64,000 nucleotides of DNA from Hemiscyllium ocellatum (Eukaryota). Below, in pieces: positions 50,515-63,831 of the stretch (its first letter is position 1; the number at the start of each line of letters is the position of its first letter). The stretch spans positions 21,204,001-21,268,000 of the forward strand of contig NC_083422.1 in assembly GCF_020745735.1 (NCBI RefSeq), in the 5' to 3' direction. Made by a program: the position numbers and the translations under genes. The notes below the pieces were generated by a model. That model made no database searches. It was not told the origin of the DNA and saw only the letters and a list, made by a program, of their open reading frames with translations.

Positions 50515-51380
50515 ACTGTCTGTGTGGTGTTTGCACGTTCTTTCAGTGTCTGCGTGGGTTTCCATCGGATGCTCCAGTTTCCTTCCACAGTCCAAAGCTG
50601 TGCAGGTTAGGTTGATTGTCCATGCTAAATTGCCCATAGTGTCCAGGAATGTGCAAGTTAACTGGATTAGCCATGGGAAATATGAGGTTACTGAGGTGGA
50701 GTGGGTTGGGATGCTCTTTAGAGGGCCAGTGCAGACTTGATGGACCAAATGGCCTCTTACTGCAATGTAGGAATTCTGTGATTCTACCACATGCCAGATA
50801 GATTCCCAGCATGAAAGTCAGAGCAGGTATTTTGTTGACTCCAACACACTGCTTCTTCCACTGTGTATGCATGGGTTTCCTCCGGGTGCCTCCGATTTCC
50901 TCCCACAATCCAAAGATGTGCAGGTCAGGTGGATTGGCCATGCTAAATTGCCCATAGTGTAAGGTGCATTAGTCTGAGAAAAATGGTTCTGGATGAGTAA
51001 ATCTTCGGAGGGTCAGTGTGCACTTGTTGGGCCAAATGGCCTTAGATTAGATTACTTACAGTGTGGAAACAGGCCCTTCGGCCCAACAAGTCCACACCGA
51101 CCCACCGAAGCGCAACCTACCCATACCCCTACATATACCCCTTACCTAACACTACGGGCAATTTAGCATGGCCAATTCATCTGACCCGTACATCTTTGGA
51201 CTGTGGGAGGAAACCGGAGCACCCGGAGGAAACCCACGCAGACACGGGGAGAACCTGCAAACTCCACACAGTCAGTCGCCTGAGGCGAGAATTGAACCCA
51301 GGTCCCTGGCGCTGTGAGGCAGCAGTGCTAACCACTCTGCCACCGTGCCGCCTGTTTCCATACTATAGGAAATCTAATCG
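50515..51380. mobile_element. HE1 SINE cluster: + copies (~50515-50760, ~50856-51042 plus tail 51353-51380) and a young - copy (51043-51352) inserted in the tail of a + copy
   Basis: The + copy tail GGGCCAAATGGCCT|GTTTCC is split by the - copy. Confidence 0.85.
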
Positions 51381-51399
51381 AATATTGGACAGCCAGCAC

Positions 51400-52900
51400 C
51401 AACATCTCAGGGCACACTCCATGGACAGTGCTGCATACACCCATGTCCACAGCTAAGACATCCAGCCTGTCTGCACCCTCATGACCCATCTCTGATCCTT
51501 TACAGTATGGTTCTACCCTTCACTGCTGCACTTTGAAGCATACTAGCCCCTTTCATTGGAAGGTTGCTGCATGTGCGCTATGCTTGGACAGGCAACCAGA
51601 TCATGGATTGGATCAGGTTGCACCTCAGGGTTGCTTACCCTAACTTTGTTGCAGAATCTCGTAGCATTCCCTCACCTTGTGCCTATTGCAGCTCTGCCCT
51701 GCCCTGCCTTACCTTGCCATGAGTTGCCTTTCGGTGCTGACTCAAGGACAGGCAGCATGTCATGGGTGTCTGCAGTAAACAGACAATGGGGTGGATTTCC
51801 TACTGTATGTCACCATTGCACAGCTGCACCATGTACCAGCAGCTGAAACACTGGTTGGGGATCTACCAAATGACCATGTCTCAAAGTCAGACAGGAATAG
51901 TGCTCCATTAGATCAAAGGAAACCCCTTCACTCAGGAAGTAAGTCAAGGGCAGGTAATTGGGCACACTTTGGTTCCCCTTGGGGCAATCAGAAGCCACTC
52001 CAAATTTCGGGTGCAGTGCTTTGTTGGGCAGCACACCACCCATCATGGCTCATTCTATCCTCCATTAAGTTGTTTTCTACTGCAATGAGAGAAAGGAGTG
52101 GATTGAGTGAGCTATAAGAGGGTGACCCAGCTTTTTCGAGCTGTTAGTGCTGGTGCAGGTGGGGGAGAATTAGGGAGGTGTCCTGATGAGTGAGTAGAAG
52201 ATGTGGTAACTATGCAGAGTTAATGGTATAGAGATGGCTGACTGGATGAGAATGATTGAGGGAATGTGTTGCACTCAGTTAGGGAAAGTGGCAGAGCGTG
52301 AGGCTTATTGGGTAGTGGGTGCAGTAGCAGAGATAGAGTGAATATGAGGTAGCAGGGAGAAGATGGTGGCACTACCCCTTGTAGAGCAGAGGAGGTAATT
52401 GACCTTCTTCCGACCCTGATATTGTTGCTCCACACAGCTGAGACCGCACTAATCCAGGTGGCTATCTTGAACTGGACAGCAGATTCTTGTCAAGATCAGA
52501 GTGGTGTTGCAGTACCTACTTCTGCCTGATAGATTCTTGTGTCTATTGTCAGTCCTGGAGGAAGAGGACATTCTTACTCTGCACTGTCCCATCCAACAGG
52601 GCCTCCAAATTCCCCCATGGAAAGGGGATGCCAGCATCCCCTCTCTGCTAGATTTGAGGTCAGAGTGCAACTCTGGACTGGTAGAACTTGCTTGGGTGCA
52701 CATCCCAACAGTGGTGAGTTCTTCTGATTACAATGATTGGTAGAATCCAGGTAGCATTGAACAAGAGGAGTGCTATAGCACTGGGGTAGGTCATTAATGG
52801 ACAAGTGTGGGATGAGGAAACAAATTAGACCTCACAGAGTAAAACTCTTCATGAAAATAATACTCTGCCAATCTATGTAAGATTGAGCCCAAAGAAACTG
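51400..52900 (-). mobile_element. Decayed Harbinger-like remnant
   Basis: The minus strand at 52400-52700 resembles the HARBI1 C-terminal region (CLDRSGGALQY-like). Very degenerate. Confidence 0.4.
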
Positions 52901-53089
52901 TTTCAGTTTTTTCTATGTTATCATGTGGACTTTCAATGATCTTCTACAGCGTTCAATTGATTTACATTTAATAAAAATCCTTCACAATATAGATTGAATT
53001 AATAATAGGGTTTTACAACACATTACCATATAACTATGATGTAGCTATTACAGAGACTTAACTGACAAACGGATTGCAACTAGTCTAAA

Positions 53090-55730
53090 GATGTTTCAGG
53101 CATGATAGAGAGGGATATAACAGAGTTGTGTGAGTTGCTTTTCTGATGAGAGAAAATATCACAGCCACATGGAGGGCTTATCCAGTGAGGTCATATGGGT
53201 AGAGTTCAGGAATAGGAAGGGTGCATCACTTTGATGGGACTGTACTACAGGCCTCCCAATAGCTAGCGGGTAATAGAACAACAGATATGTGGACAGATTA
53301 CTGAAAAATATGAAAACAAGAGGGTTGTTTTCGTGGGTGATTTAACTTCCCTCATGTTGGTCCATGTTTGATGCCAGGGACTTGGATGAGCGAGAATTTT
53401 TTCGGTGTGTCCAAGACGGTTTTTTGAAACAATATACAAATAATCCAACTAGGGAATGGACCACATTGGACCTAGTATTGGAGAATGAGCCTGGCCAAGT
53501 TTTCAAAGTTTCAGTGGGGGACCATTTTGGAAACAATGATCATAATTCTGTAAATTTTAAATTACTTACGGATAAGGTTAAGAGTAATCTTTTGGTGAAA
53601 GAATCAGCTGGGGGATGGCTAACTACCTTCATAGGCAGGAACTGGGGAATGTAGACAGGGGGTGACTGTTTGAGGGTAAATCCACATCTAGATTGTGGGA
53701 ATCTTTTAAATGCCAGTTGATTAGAGATTAGGACCAACGTACTCCTGCAAAAATTAAGGATAAGGATGGCATTGTTCGGGAACCCAAAAGGGATATTGAG
53801 TGCTTAGTCAAAAAGAAAAAGGAGGCATAAGTAAGGTTTAGGAAACTGAAGACAGACAGAGCCCTCAAAGAATACAAAGAAACATGTAATAACTCAAACA
53901 ATTAGTTATGGGGGCTAAAAGGGGCCATGAAATGTCTTTGGCAAACAAGATTAAGGAAAATTCCAACATGGTTTAAACCTATGTAAATAGCAAGACAGTA
54001 GCTAGGGAAAGGGTGGGTCCACTCAGGGGCAAAGGAGGGAATTTGTGTGTGGAGCTGGAAGAAGTGGGTGAGGTCCTTAAAGAATACTTTGCAACGTTCT
54101 ACACAAAGGAGGAAGTCATGGTGGGTGATGAATCTCAAGAGGGGTATGTTGATATTCTGGAAAATGCCAGTCTAAAAAACAAGGAAGCAATATATGTTTT
54201 AAAAAGCTTTAAGGTAGACAAATCCCCAGACTTCATGGGATCTATCCTGGAATGCTGAGGGAGGCAGGTGAAGAAATTGTTGAGGCCTTGTATGAAATCT
54301 TTGTATCCTCTTTAGTTGCAAGAGAGGTCCGAGAGAATGGGAGAATAGCCAATGTTGTTCCTTTGTTTACGAAGGGCAACAGGGATAATCTAGGAAATTA
54401 CAGGCTGGTGAGCCTTATGTTGATGGTAGGGAAATTATTGGAGAAGATTCTTAAGGACAGGATTTACTCGTGATTGGAAAATTACAAACTTATTAGCAAT
54501 AGACAGCGTGGCTTTGTGCAGAGGAAATTGTGTGTCACAAACTTGATTGAGTTTTTTGAGGAAGTGACAAGGCAGATTGATGAGTGCACGGAGGTAAATG
54601 TTGTCAATATGGATTTCAGCAAGACCTTTGACAAGGTCCCTCATGGCAGACTGATACAAAAGGTAAAGTCATGTGATCCACAATAAATTAGTCGAATAGA
54701 CATAGAAATGGTATAGTTATAGAAGACAGAGAGTAAAGGTTGAAGAGTATTTTTCAGACTGGAGATCTGAGCAGTGATGTTCTGCAGGGAACAGTGCTTT
54801 GATCCATTGTTGTTTGTAATATATATAAAAATGATTTGGGGAAGAATACAAGTGGCCTGGTTAGTAAGTTTTCAGATGTCATATAGGTTGGGAGACCTGT
54901 GGATAGTGAGGAATATTATCAAAGGATGCAGCAGAATGTAGATGAACTGGAGACTTCAACAGAGAAATGAAAGGTGGAGTTTAATCTGGACAAATGCGAG
55001 TTGATGCATTTTGAAAGTATACAATAAATACCAGAACTCTTAGTAACATCAAACTACACAGGGGTCAAGGGGCACAGGTCCACAGTTCCCTGAAAGTAGC
55101 AACATGAGTGGATAAGGTCGTTAAGAAAATATATAGCATGCTTGCCTTCATCAGTCATAGAGTATAAAAATTGGTAAGTCATGAAGCAGCTGTATAGAAC
55201 TTTGGATTAGGCCATATTTGGAATATTGTGTATAGTTCTGGTCACCACACTACAGAAGGATGTGGAGGCTTTGGAGAGGGTACAGAAATGGTTCACCAGG
55301 ATGTTGCCTGTTTTGGAAGATGTTAGCCATGAGGAGAGATTGGACAAACTTGGTTTGTTTTCACTTGAATGTCAAAGGATGAGGGGCAACCTGATAAGTT
55401 ACAACATTAAGAGGCACAAATAGAATGGATAGTCAGAGTCTTTTTCCCAGTGTAGAAATATCAATTGCTAGGGAACATTAGTTTGAGTTAAAAGGGGTAA
55501 GTTTAAATGAGTTGTGAGAGGCAAGTTTTTACACAGAGTGGTAAATATCTAGAATGTGCTTCCAGAAGATGGATATATTAGCTATATTTAAGAGGTGTTT
55601 TGACAGTTAGATGAATAGGCAGGGAATAGAGCGATTTGGATTGTGTAGAGGCAAAAGGTTTTTAGTTTGGAAAGACATTGGTGTGCCAAAGGATCTGCTC
55701 CTGTGCTGCGCTGTTCTTTATTCTTTGTTG
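53090..55730 (+). mobile_element. Old CR1 LINE ORF2 (EN+RT), pseudogenised
   Basis: Remnants GLYYRPP, DHNSV, KGNRDNLGNYRLVSL, DFSKTFDKVPHGRL and EALERVQKWFTRMLP are present, with many frameshifts. Confidence 0.88.
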
Positions 55731-56493
55731 TTTTGTTCTTCATTTTTTGTTCTTTGTATTGTCATTTGCAGGTAAACTGCTCAGATGTAACCAAATACCA
55801 AATTCTACCTAGAAATTAAAATTCACCATCTGTGAATTAGTTCCATTTGCAGTCGCAAAACACAGCAACTGGGTTATCCATTCAGCAATTGTTATCCAAT
55901 AAACAGCAGCATTTTGTTCAGTCTATAATTAGTTGAAAATGCTAAATGTGAAGTGGCATTAATGAAAACAGACACATGGGGAAAATGAATGACATATGGT
56001 AGGGTTAAGAGTCTGTAGGTTTCCTCATACAACTTCTGTACTATGGAAGGTGCAGAAACTGTTATCTAACACACTTGTTTCTCGTGAAAAACAATTTTGT
56101 CCTGTCATCAGTTTTACAGTGGGATGGCCTATATTTAATCAGCATCAACTTTCAGTTTACTACTGAACATGCCGTGCCCACTTATAAATCACGTGACAAA
56201 AAAATTAGGCCTCTTGCATATACTAGGTCATGGTCTAATATTTGTTGAAGGATTCCTGTGCTAAATTGTGCTATCCACCAGCATTTAGTAGATACTACTA
56301 AATGCTGCTGCTGACAATTGGGTTAAAAACTCCCTCGGTATTCCACAACAACCCCAATGACAGCTGCCAAAGACCAATCTTGAATCCTTCTTACCAGGGA
56401 GATTCAGTTGCAGGCTGGTGGGTGGTGGCAGTTCTTCCTGAATTTGTAGATAAGTGATCCCTGGACTTTTATCTTCCGGCACACACTGTTTAT

Positions 56494-57029
56494 GGGCGAC
56501 ACAGTGGCTCAGCAGTTAGATTAGATTCCCTACAGTGTGGAAACAGGCCCTTCGGCCCAACCAGTCCACATCGACCTTCCGAAGAGTAACCCACCCAGAC
56601 CCACTACCCCATGACTAATGCACCTATAGCAATGGGCAATTTAGCATGGCCAATTCACCTGACCTGCACATCTTTGGACTGCAGTAGGAAACCGGAGCAC
56701 CCGGAGGAAACCCACGCAGACACGTGCAAACTCCACACAGACAGTCACCCGAGGTTGGAATCGAACCAGTGATCCAGGTTCAATTCCCACTTTGGGCAAC
56801 TGTCTGCATGGCGTTTGCATATTCTCCCCATGTCTGCGCGGGTTTGCTCTGGTTTCCTTCCAAAGTCCAAAGATGTGCAGGTCAGGTGAATTGGCTATTC
56901 TAAATTGCCCAGAGTGCTAGATGCATTAGTCAGAGGGAAATGGGTCTGGTTGAGTTGATCTTCGGAGGGTCGGTATGGACTTGTTGGGCTGAAGGGCCTG
57001 TTTCCACACTGTAGGGAATCTAATCTAAT
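56494..57029. mobile_element. HE1 (-; 56516-56767) nested in HE1 (+; 56494-56515 and 56771-57029)
   Basis: The + head GGGCGACACAGTGGCTCAGCAG is interrupted by an inverted, 5'-truncated HE1. The + copy resumes at its B box. Confidence 0.85.
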
Positions 57030-59569
57030 ACAAGAATCCAAAAATGGGTTGGATTTCAAAATATCCCTGTTACTTTAGTCTTCATTAGTGTACATCATCA
57101 TTTCTGAGATGCTGTTAGAACAAAATAACGTCCGAGTGTTCCACTTGTAATCAGTTAGTAACCAAAGCACCTCATCATCATTCTACAAACATCAGAAATG
57201 GAGCGATGCAGTTGGATAGATGGCACACCCAGGTCAGATTGATCAAACCATAAAGTATTATTTTCTTCTCTTCTTTCCCTCTCTCCCTCTCTTTTTTGTA
57301 TTCTCATGTACATGTAATTTTTCTTCCTCTCAGGCATACTTGAAACAATTAGGAAATCTTAATCCTGTCGACAGAGGTCTCTAGCAAAAACTGAATGTTA
57401 ATGATTTAACTACTCACATTTTCAAAAGTCAGTCTCAGTTGCCTGCCTCTTTGCCAATTTTCTATCCATAATGTCACTGTCCCTTTAATCACATCCACCT
57501 CAAATTGCCTCATTCTATTGTTATATAATCAACCACCTTTTGAAAGTCCAAAACCATTATATTAACTATGCTGCCCTCATCCATTTGCTGTGTTACTTCC
57601 TAAGATGACTCAATTATGTTAGCCAGACATGACTTGTTTTCACAAATGTATGGCAACTATTAATCACTGGTCCAGATTCTATGATGGGAATTAATTTTTG
57701 TTGTGATTTATGGTCTGTAGAAGTTTTCCCACAACCAACATTAGATTAGCAGGCTGACAGTTACCAGCAAAATTTCTCTCCCTTATTTTGACAGCGGATA
57801 TACCACCAGTCACAGTCCCTCCTAACCCCTCCCTCTCACCAGCATACCCTAGCCCTCCCCTCCCCAATCCTTTAACATTACTGCTATATCCAAGAAGGAT
57901 TCAATGATTGCAGCAACAGTCATTCTGGGCTCAGTAATTTAGTCAAAGCTTGATGTTGAGTGAGCTTCCTTAAGATAAATGCAAAAACCAATGTAATTAA
58001 ATCGATCTCAAAATAACTTTATTGAACTCTGTACCCAATTCCCATTTGCTTAGCTCAGCAGGTGTCTGCACCATGTGGTGCTGTGTCGAACAATAAAATG
58101 TAAACAAAATCTTCAAGTTTAGTTTTGATCTGAGCTGTTTACAGTTGGAGAATGGTACATTACCCTGAAATGATGTGGCAAATGATTCTATTATGACAAC
58201 TGGTGGCTGGAAATTGTGTAGTTTTGTTGCTCCAAACTTGGGCGACAGAAAGAACAACTGCAGTGATGCCTGCTGGTGTTACTATTTGATGATTTCTGTG
58301 GGAAGTTCCCATATGTTTTCCCCAGGTACAACATTAGCTTGGTTTGTGATGGCTGCGAAAATTAATGGATTTATCAACTATTTGATAGAAAGGCCACATT
58401 TAATTCCTTTCAATTTTAAAACTGAATTGCTGAACTCTCCCGAGAAAATGCTCTATAACTTCTCCTTTGCTCAGCCAAGTAAATGATGAAAGACTCAGGC
58501 TCATTGAACCTATCTCACATCTTGCTATCTGTCTCATTGAGCAACAGATCATTATTTTGTGGAAAATGCTTGTAGAGAGGCTCTAGTTGCATTGCACTAG
58601 ATAACAGTTTAATGCTGTAATCCAAACAATATTGCTGATTTTTTTTTAAATTGCTGACACAATAAAGATAAACAAATACTCTGTTCTGTGGTTGAGATAT
58701 TATGCATCATTTGAAAGACTCAGAGGGAATTTAGCTCTGTAACGAGAATATACAAATAAGCTTCCTTTCATGTACAAAGATGACAAAGTACTTTTTAAAT
58801 TACAAAGCAGTTGACAACAAAACAGACTCTACGGAAATTCCTGGAGAAAGGCGACTTGGGAACTGAAATGGGTCGACCTACTTCTATAAGGAGTAAACAG
58901 AATTTATGTTGAAATCTTGTTTACAATTGTAGGAATTATAAATTGAGCATGGATTTTTCACTTTTAAACCCTGAGAATGTATATCATGGATTTTTTTTTC
59001 TCTCAGATCCTCTCCACCTTCATCTGTTCATTTTAGGAGATGGAAGTTCAGGTGCTGTTGAGATTAGATTTGCTTGCATTCAATCCTCACCAACATAATT
59101 TCACAACAGGAGGCTAAGGTAAGAAATTGAATGTATAATGAGAAAACATGGTTAACACTTTCAGATACATTCAGCTAGTTGCTTTAAACTGCCGCAAGGG
59201 AATATTAACAGCTGGAGTTTTGGTAGTGAAGATGACAAAACTGTCAGGGTTCACCACCATTCCAACACAAAAGCTGACAGCATCTGCTGGTACCTGCACA
59301 AACAGAGTTAAATACTGCAATCCAGAAAATGCTGTCATTGGGTCTACTCTTCTTCATTATCATCCCACAGATTGAAACCAATTTTAATATAAACTTGATC
59401 TTTTGAGCTCTTAATTTAGTTTTGCTCTAAATTAAAATTTTGAAAAAGGTGCAACTTGTTGAATGCAGTACAAGTAGGGTTTTTTTAAACAGGGAACTAA
59501 ATCATATTTACCGCTCAATAAATAAATGCCACTAAAATGTCACTCAGTTAGCAGCATTCTAGTCTTGGT

Positions 59570-59900
59570 TCGAGACATGTTCCAGGGGTTTAACATGAAC
59601 ATGGTCAAATTCAGTAGCTAACTCTACATTCCAGATCAGGTGTTAAACCGAAACCCCATCTGCCCTTTCAGGTGGATGCAACAGGTCCCGACTTTGAAAT
59701 AACCAGGAGAATTATTCTTGGTGTTTTGGCAGATAGTTATCCTTCAGTCAGTGTCACAAAAGTCAGATGATCTGGTCATTATTACATTGCTGTTTACAGA
59801 AGTTTGCTGTATGAAAATTTGCTATGTTGCAAAATTACTAAACTTTAAAAATATTTAATTGGCTGCAAAGTGTTTTGAGACATCTTGATGGTGCTGAGGG
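59570..59900 (+). mobile_element. DeuSINE-like (SacSINE1/AmnSINE1-type central domain) old SINE
   Basis: GTTAAACCGAAACCCCATCTGCCCTTTCAGGTGGATG...AGATGATCTGGTCATTATTACATTGCTGTTT resembles the Deu domain as I recall it, and there is an L2-like tail. Confidence 0.55.
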
Positions 59901-60203
59901 ATTTCCTTTCTTTTTGAACAACCTAACTGGGCCTAAAAAAAAACTAACTTTATATCTGTGAAATGTTAAATTTCTCCATCATCGTCAAAATGCTGCATAA
60001 ATGCTTAAAAAAAATGTTTTTTTAAAATAAAGTTTCAACTTCTTGTGTTAATCCCATGTGAATGCCCCAATCTTTATTTGGCTTTCTTTAAAAATTTTTT
60101 TTTAAATGAGGGATAATCAGTATTTTTAACTTTCTGATTGAAGAATTCTCACACACCAATCTGGTTGCATACTTTAAGTCATCAGAGTCAAGTTCTTTTT
60201 TGA

Positions 60204-60680
60204 AGATTCCCGACAGTGTGGAAACAGCTCTTCAACCCAACCAGTCCACACCAACCCTCCAAAGAGTAACCCACTGACATCTCCCTCTGACTAATGCACC
60301 TCATACTATGGGCAATTTAACATGGCCAATTCAGCTGATCTGCATATCTTTGGACTGAGGGAGGAAACTGGAGCACCCAGAGGAAACCCACACAGACACA
60401 GGGAGAATGTGCAAACTCCACACAGACAGTTGCCCATGGCTGGAATCGAACCTGACACCCTTGTGCTGAGACGGTGCCATCCCAATGTGAAAAGATCCTT
60501 TGGGGCTTTGGACAGAGATGAGGGGGAAGGTATGGGTGCAGGTTTTACACCTCTTGCGGTGGCAAGGGCTAGTATCAGGCGTGAAGGTTGGGTTGGTGGG
60601 AGGTGTGAACCTAACAAGGCAGTCATGGAGGGAATGGTCTCTGTGGAACGCAGACCGGGGTGGGGAGAGAAATTTAAGTC
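60204..60680 (-). mobile_element. HE1 SINE (60204-60476) abutting a PLE fragment (60480-60680)
   Basis: HE1 body is followed by sequence homologous to the PLE Cys-linker region. Confidence 0.75.
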
Positions 60681-61276
60681 ATCAGTCTTGCTAGATGTCT
60701 GGAGTTCCCCTGGACTTTACACCAGATTTAAACTGACATGGGAAGGTGGAATCTATACCACAGAGATTCCAAGGTTCTTCCAAGTCAATGTTGAGAATTG
60801 TCACTTTACTGTTGAATCCAAATGTAGCTCAATATCTTGATTTATGAAGTTGGGTTTCTTGTTCATTTCTGTTGCATTTAGTTGTAGTATTTTCCTACCA
60901 GGTGAACTTGCCCTTACTAATGCCAAACTAATTTTTTTCACAACCTGGGGCGAGAGTAGCACTGATGACAAAGATGTCCTCATTGCATTTATGCCACTGT
61001 GCCACAATTTGCATTAAACTAAAGTCACGTGCAGGCAGCTGAAAGTATCAGGTTTTTTAAAAAAATCAGCTCAAGATATAAAGTAGATGTACATAACTGC
61101 ATGAAAAATACTTAAATTTTCTTAGTTTTTGCTCAGTTTGGTATTTTCTTGAATTAAAAAAAAGCTAACACTTACAAAAGTGAAAATAGCAAAAGTTTAG
61201 ATCCGGTCATATGTAGATAATTTCTATGCCAGCTACCATGGTGACATTTTGTGTTAATCAAATGAAGGGACATCAA

Positions 61277-61787
61277 TATTTTTGGTTATGAAATCTTGTG
61301 GTTTCCCTCCTTCAGTTTATAATTGGGATGTCATCTTTTTCTAAAGTTATGATACTGGCCTTGACCAAGGCTATAACTCTCTTACATTCTAACCAATCTG
61401 ACAAAATAAATTTCTGTTGATTTACATTATATATTTATGGCTCTTACTTTAGGGTTCTCTAACAATTGGACCAAATTTTCTTCAAGAATATGAGGATTTA
61501 GAGTTGGATAAATAAGTAGAAAAGATGAGGAATAGCGGTCTTCTCTACTTATTTATCCAACTCTAAATCCTCATGTTCTTGAAGAAAATTTGGTCCAATT
61601 GTTAGAGAACCCTAAAGTAAGAGCCATAAATATATAATGTAAAGCAACAGAAATTTATTTTGTCAGATTGGTTAGAATGTAAGAGAGTTATAGCCTTGGT
61701 CAAGGCCTGTATCATAACTTTAGAAAAAAATGAAATCCCAATTATAAACTGAAGGAAGGAAACTACAAGATTTCATAACCAAAAATA
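61277..61787. repeat. 511-bp inverted repeat: 249-bp arms (61277-61525, 61539-61787), 13-nt spacer, 8 mismatches, no indels
   Basis: Base-by-base comparison of the left arm with the reverse complement of the right arm. Confidence 0.97.
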
Positions 61788-62919
61788 CTTTTTTTATTAT
61801 ACAAGAGCCAATCAAAGCAACCAGTAAATATATTTTTAAATAACTTGCTTTAATTTAAAACCATGAATCAATGCAAGTTAAACATAAATTAACAGAAAAT
61901 TGCAGTCAGTTATCACATATATATTACACATTAAATGGCAGGCAGATGCAATAGACAGACCTTGCAAATTACTTCAATAGCTCACTCAGCAAACCTAGTT
62001 ACAAAGTCCTTGGAAACTTTGTCTCCCTCACAAAAAATTTTAGCAATTCTTCTAGGATTTAACTTGACCTGTCGGCCAACTGTGTGATATCATGAAAATG
62101 GGTTCCGTGGGCATGCTTTGCACCAAAAATAGCATACACCTTCAGAACTTCCTCAGTGCTATTTTTGATAAGATTGATGGATCTATAGCATCCAGACTAT
62201 CTTTATGTAACACATTGGCAGCAATAACCACAATCCCTGAATATTCTCAGCTTCTGGATCGAGCACGTGTATCCTTTAGCCCAGATACACTATTGAACTC
62301 ATCACACAATTTCAACCATAAGTTTTGGTTTTCAATCTCAGTTTTAGTTTTAACTTCCTTAGTACCTGGGATGATCAGTCTCCATCTTCAGTTTCTCTTT
62401 CCAACAAGGATCTATCCCAGAAAGTATAAATTTTGACCACAGATTCTGTCACGTCAGGAACGGGTTGATACAAATAGCTGAGATACTTTCCAGAGGAAAC
62501 TATGCTAGTACATGTGAACAAAGAAAGTAGCAAGTTACATTGAAAGGTTGAGATAGATTGGATTGTATAAACTGAAGCACAGACTAAATGAGCCAAATAG
62601 CCTGTTATTCTGCTGTACTTTCTATCTAATTCTACGCAAGTAGCATCAATGATGCCAGTGCTAATGATTTGGAAACAGAACTCAGAATAGTCAAGTTTGT
62701 GAATTACACCAAGATTGTTATGGAAATTTTAAGTCAGTGTGAGAAATTATCTTTTGGAAAGGTAAACACATTTTGGTTCCTTTTTGTTGCAGACTTTTGC
62801 TGCCTTCCCAATTTTGGTAAGATGTGTTTTTTTGATTCTTAGTGCCAATTTTATTCAGAACATTTTCTGTGTCCGTGCTACGTTTGCACACAATTTAAAA
62901 ATATATAATTTTTTTTTAC

Positions 62920-63800
62920 ATCATGTAGATGTCACTGACCAGACTAGTACTTGTTACCCATGCCTGATTTCCTTTGGGAAGGTGTTGGTAAGTTGCCTCC
63001 TTGGCCCGCTGTTGTCTTTGTGGTATAGGGAAACCCTCAGTATAATTCGAAAGGAACTTCCAAGATTCAATCTAGTAATATTGAAGAAACAAAGATACAG
63101 CCCCAGGTGAGTGTGGTCTGCAGCTTGAAGAAGAACTGTGATGGTCCATGCATTTGCTGCCCATATCCTTTGAGGTGCTAGTGGTCACAGGTTTAGAAGG
63201 TGCTTTCTAAGGAAGCTTGACAAGTTGCTGCAGTGCACCTTATAAATGATACTCACTGTTATGGAAGGGATGAAAGACGGAGCACCAATCAAGTGGGCTA
63301 CTTTATGTTTTCAAGCTAATTGAATGTTGTTTGAGATTCCAGTGTTTAGGCAACTGGAGAATATTCTATTTCTGAAATGTGCTTGATGGATAGTGGCCTT
63401 GGGGAGTTAGGAGAGGAGTTACACACTGCAGATTCCCATCTTCCAATCTGCTCTTATAGCCATAATATTTATATGGCTGGTCTGGTTTGATACCTGTTCT
63501 AAGGTAATCTCTTGGATATCAATAGTGGAGGATACAGGGATGGCAATGACATTACATGGTTAAGGGGTGATGGTTATTTTCTCTGGGGGAGACGTTCATT
63601 GACTGGCACTTGTGTTACATGAATGTTACTTGCTACTTGTCAGCCTGAGCTTGAATGTCATTCTGCACATGGCAGTTTCAGTATCTGAAGAGTAATGAAT
63701 GGCTTTGAACATTGTGTAATCATCAAGAAACATCCACAGTTCTGACCTCATGATGGAGGAAAGCCTATTGAATAAGTAACTGAAAATAGTTAGGTTCAGG
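62920..63800 (-). mobile_element. Decayed LINE fragment (same type as 2800-3090)
   Basis: Shared degenerate sequence blocks. Confidence 0.45.
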
Positions 63801-63831
63801 ACATTAGCATGAAAAATTCCTGCATTAATAT

